From Candidatus Woesebacteria bacterium (lineage in GTDB: Bacteria > Patescibacteriota > Microgenomatia > UBA1400 > UBA12028): a stretch of DNA of 64,000 nt. Shown piece after piece: positions 61,686 through 64,000 of the stretch. The notes under the pieces are model-generated. The model saw nothing but the letters and a program-made list of their open reading frames with translations, was not told the origin of the DNA and ran no database searches. The translations under genes were made by a program, and so were the position numbers. The stretch's first letter is position 1, and the number at the start of each line of letters is the position of its first letter. The stretch is taken from positions 162,229 through 226,228 of the forward strand of contig JBDTWD010000001.1 in NCBI GenBank assembly GCA_040006915.1. Direction: 5' to 3'.

Positions 61686-64000
61686 TTATACCAAAAGTGT
61701 CAGAATTTGCTCTACACGATCTTTGGTTTCTTGATCCCAGGATAGTAAATACGGGAGCTTCATTACAGTATCTTCGGCTCCATTAGGAATAATAACAGAT
61801 AGCTGATCGGTTCCGGGACGTGATTTTAAATAAGTTCCCACCTCTTGCAGTTTTTCTTTCGGAGTTCCCCGAGGAATGGTCAATGTAAATCCAGGCGTGG
61901 GAATATCTTGAGGAATAATAACTTGAGGTTCACGCACCTTCTCGACCTGTAATGATAATTTACCATCTCGATCCGAGAGCGTACCCTTAAGTAAGACAAT
62001 AGCATCCTGGCGCATCAAATCCTTGTAGAGTGCGTAGGTTTTTGGAAAAACCACAAACTCCATGGTTCCGGTTCCATCTTCTAAATTTCCAAAACACATT
62101 TCTTCTTGTTTCTGTTTAGTAAGTACTTTTCGTACAGTACTAATAAATCCACCCAAAGTCACCTTTTGATTCGCATTGAGCTCCAGGTCTAACTTTTCAA
62201 TTTGATGGGAAACCAGTTTCGAAACTTCTTCCAACGCATCAGCCATCGGATGACGAGTTAAGTAAAAACCTAAAAATTCCTTTTCAAAAGATAAGAGTTC
62301 TCCTTGAGGGTACTCGGGAAGTTTATCAAAGGTGTCTTGTGGTGCCTGCTTTTTATGTTCAAGACCAGTAAACAGCCCATCTTGTCCATCAATTGACTCA
62401 AACATACTGGTCGCAACACTGCGAATTTTTTCCAAATTCTCAAGCATGGAAGAGCGCGTTGAAAACGCGTCAAACGCTCCGATTTTTATTAAACTTTCAA
62501 GAACCTTTTTATTCACTTTACGGTTATCTACTCGTTGCAAGAAATCCGTAAAAGAAACAAATGGTGCTTCTTGTCTCGAAAGCAAGATATTCTCAATCGC
62601 TGCAGCTCCCACATTTTTTATAGCAGAGAATCCGAAGCGAATCGATTTATCATCAATAGAGAAATTTTCTTCTGACTTATTAATATCTGGAGGCAACAGC
62701 GCAATTCCCATGCGCCGACAATCTGCCACAGCTTGTGAAATTTTCTCTTCACGATTAGCTCCGACAGAATTCGATTCGACCGAGAGAACCGCACACATAT
62801 ATTCAGTGGTGTAGTTTACTTTCATCCAAGCGGTGTAATAGGAAATCATGGCATAACTTGCACTGTGTGCTTTGTTAAAACCATAGCCAGCAAACTTCTC
62901 AATGAAACCCCAGACTTTATCAATGGTGGCTTGGGTATACCCTTTGGCTTTAGCGCCTTTATCAAACTTGGCCTTTTCTTTTACCATGATTTCAATTTTC
63001 TTTTTTCCAATAGCTCGACGCAGTTCATCGGCTTGCCCAAGTGAGTAGCCAGCCATAACGTTGGCGGCCTGCATACATTGCTCCTGATACAACAAAATGC
63101 CGTAGGTGTCTTTCAAAACTGGTTCCAAATCTGGGTGAGGATACTTAATCGACTTAGGATCGGACTTACCTGCTATAAAGTCATCGATTAGCGCCATAGG
63201 TCCAGGGCGATATAAGGCGACCATAGCAGTAAGGTCAGAGAACACACTTGGTTTTAGACCTCGAGCTAACTTTCGCATGCCGCCCGATTCCATTTGAAAC
63301 ACACCCGTTGTTTCTCCGCTGGCAATCATTTGATAAACCTTGATATCGTCAAGAGGAATGCGAGTCAAATCAATTCGTTCGGTGTGTGTTTGAGCAATCA
63401 CTCGAATTGCTTCTTCTAAAATAGATAAGTTTCTCAAGCCTAAAAAGTCCATTTTCAAAATTCCAATGGCCTGATTAGAGATATTTAAATCCAAAACTTT
63501 CATGTCATATTGCGTGACAATTTTTCCTGACTTATTATCTTTTTGAATGGGAGTGTATTCTGTGAGCGGCTTATCAGCGATGATCACTCCAGCTGCATGG
63601 ACACTTGTATGTCTGGCATTACTTTCAACTTTCATTGCCAAATCCAAAAGCTGTTTGTATTTGTCTTGGGTATAGTAGGCTGATAACTCCGGAACGGTTC
63701 TGAGTGCGTCCAAAATGTGGACCACATGTCCTTGCACAGGATCGGGAATGAGTTTGGCTATGCGATCAGTATCGGTAAAGGACATTCCCAAAACTCGACC
63801 AATATCACGCACTGCGGCTTTACTCTCCATACGACCGAAGGTAATAATCTGAGCCACCTTGTCTGCCCCATATTTCTGCGTCACATAGGCAATCACCTCA
63901 TCTCGCCGGTTATCAGCGAAGTCCATATCAATATCAGGAGTACTTTCACGCTCTGGGTTCATGAAACGCTCAAATGGCAAGTCATGCACAAATGGATCTA
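61686..64000 (-). CDS. dnaE: DNA polymerase III alpha, 5' part outside the window
   Basis: FERFMNPER..PDIDMD, HAAGV, KMDFLGL, ALYRPGP and GYGFNKAH; the frame is open to the window edge. Confidence 0.97.
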   Translation of the reverse strand, partial: DPFVHDLPFERFMNPERESTPDIDMDFADNRRDEVIAYVTQKYGADKVAQIITFGRMESKAAVRDIGRVLGMSFTDTDRIAKLIPDPVQGHVVHILDALRTVPELSAYYTQDKYKQLLDLAMKVESNARHTSVHAAGVIIADKPLTEYTPIQKDNKSGKIVTQYDMKVLDLNISNQAIGILKMDFLGLRNLSILEEAIRVIAQTHTERIDLTRIPLDDIKVYQMIASGETTGVFQMESGGMRKLARGLKPSVFSDLTAMVALYRPGPMALIDDFIAGKSDPKSIKYPHPDLEPVLKDTYGILLYQEQCMQAANVMAGYSLGQADELRRAIGKKKIEIMVKEKAKFDKGAKAKGYTQATIDKVWGFIEKFAGYGFNKAHSASYAMISYYTAWMKVNYTTEYMCAVLSVESNSVGANREEKISQAVADCRRMGIALLPPDINKSEENFSIDDKSIRFGFSAIKNVGAAAIENILLSRQEAPFVSFTDFLQRVDNRKVNKKVLESLIKIGAFDAFSTRSSMLENLEKIRSVATSMFESIDGQDGLFTGLEHKKQAPQDTFDKLPEYPQGELLSFEKEFLGFYLTRHPMADALEEVSKLVSHQIEKLDLELNANQKVTLGGFISTVRKVLTKQKQEEMCFGNLEDGTGTMEFVVFPKTYALYKDLMRQDAIVLLKGTLSDRDGKLSLQVEKVREPQVIIPQDIPTPGFTLTIPRGTPKEKLQEVGTYLKSRPGTDQLSVIIPNGAEDTVMKLPYLLSWDQETKDRVEQILTLLV

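Overview
This is a 64 kb chromosomal window from a small-genome Patescibacteria (CPR) bacterium, most likely Microgenomates. Indicators are a DUF5660-like gene, a trigger factor without FKBP, a truncated ATP synthase delta, a short pyruvate kinase and CPR-type surface proteins. Housekeeping genes present are tig, pyk, argS, rarA, secA, serS, lysS, greA, atpBEFHAGDC, rplS, pyrG, a partial dnaE, tRNA-Lys and tRNA-Glu. An accessory region (~33-54 kb) follows the tRNAs. It holds a type IV TA-like pair, several standalone toxin/effector-like enzymes, a very divergent DnaE2, an orphan purD and three paralogous secreted beta-helix (GH141-like) proteins with swapped N-terminal modules. Main signals: (1) two transcription-terminating T-box riboswitches (argS, serS) with an ultrashort Stem I carrying the cognate codon in its apical loop; (2) about 20 orphan soluble proteins, many inserted into essential operons, nearly all with Glu in residues 2-6, a candidate export or sorting signal; (3) widespread leaderless gene starts; (4) a LysRS-HD fusion; (5) an unannotated 46-aa histone H1-like gene. 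All family assignments come from motif recognition by eye, not from database searches.
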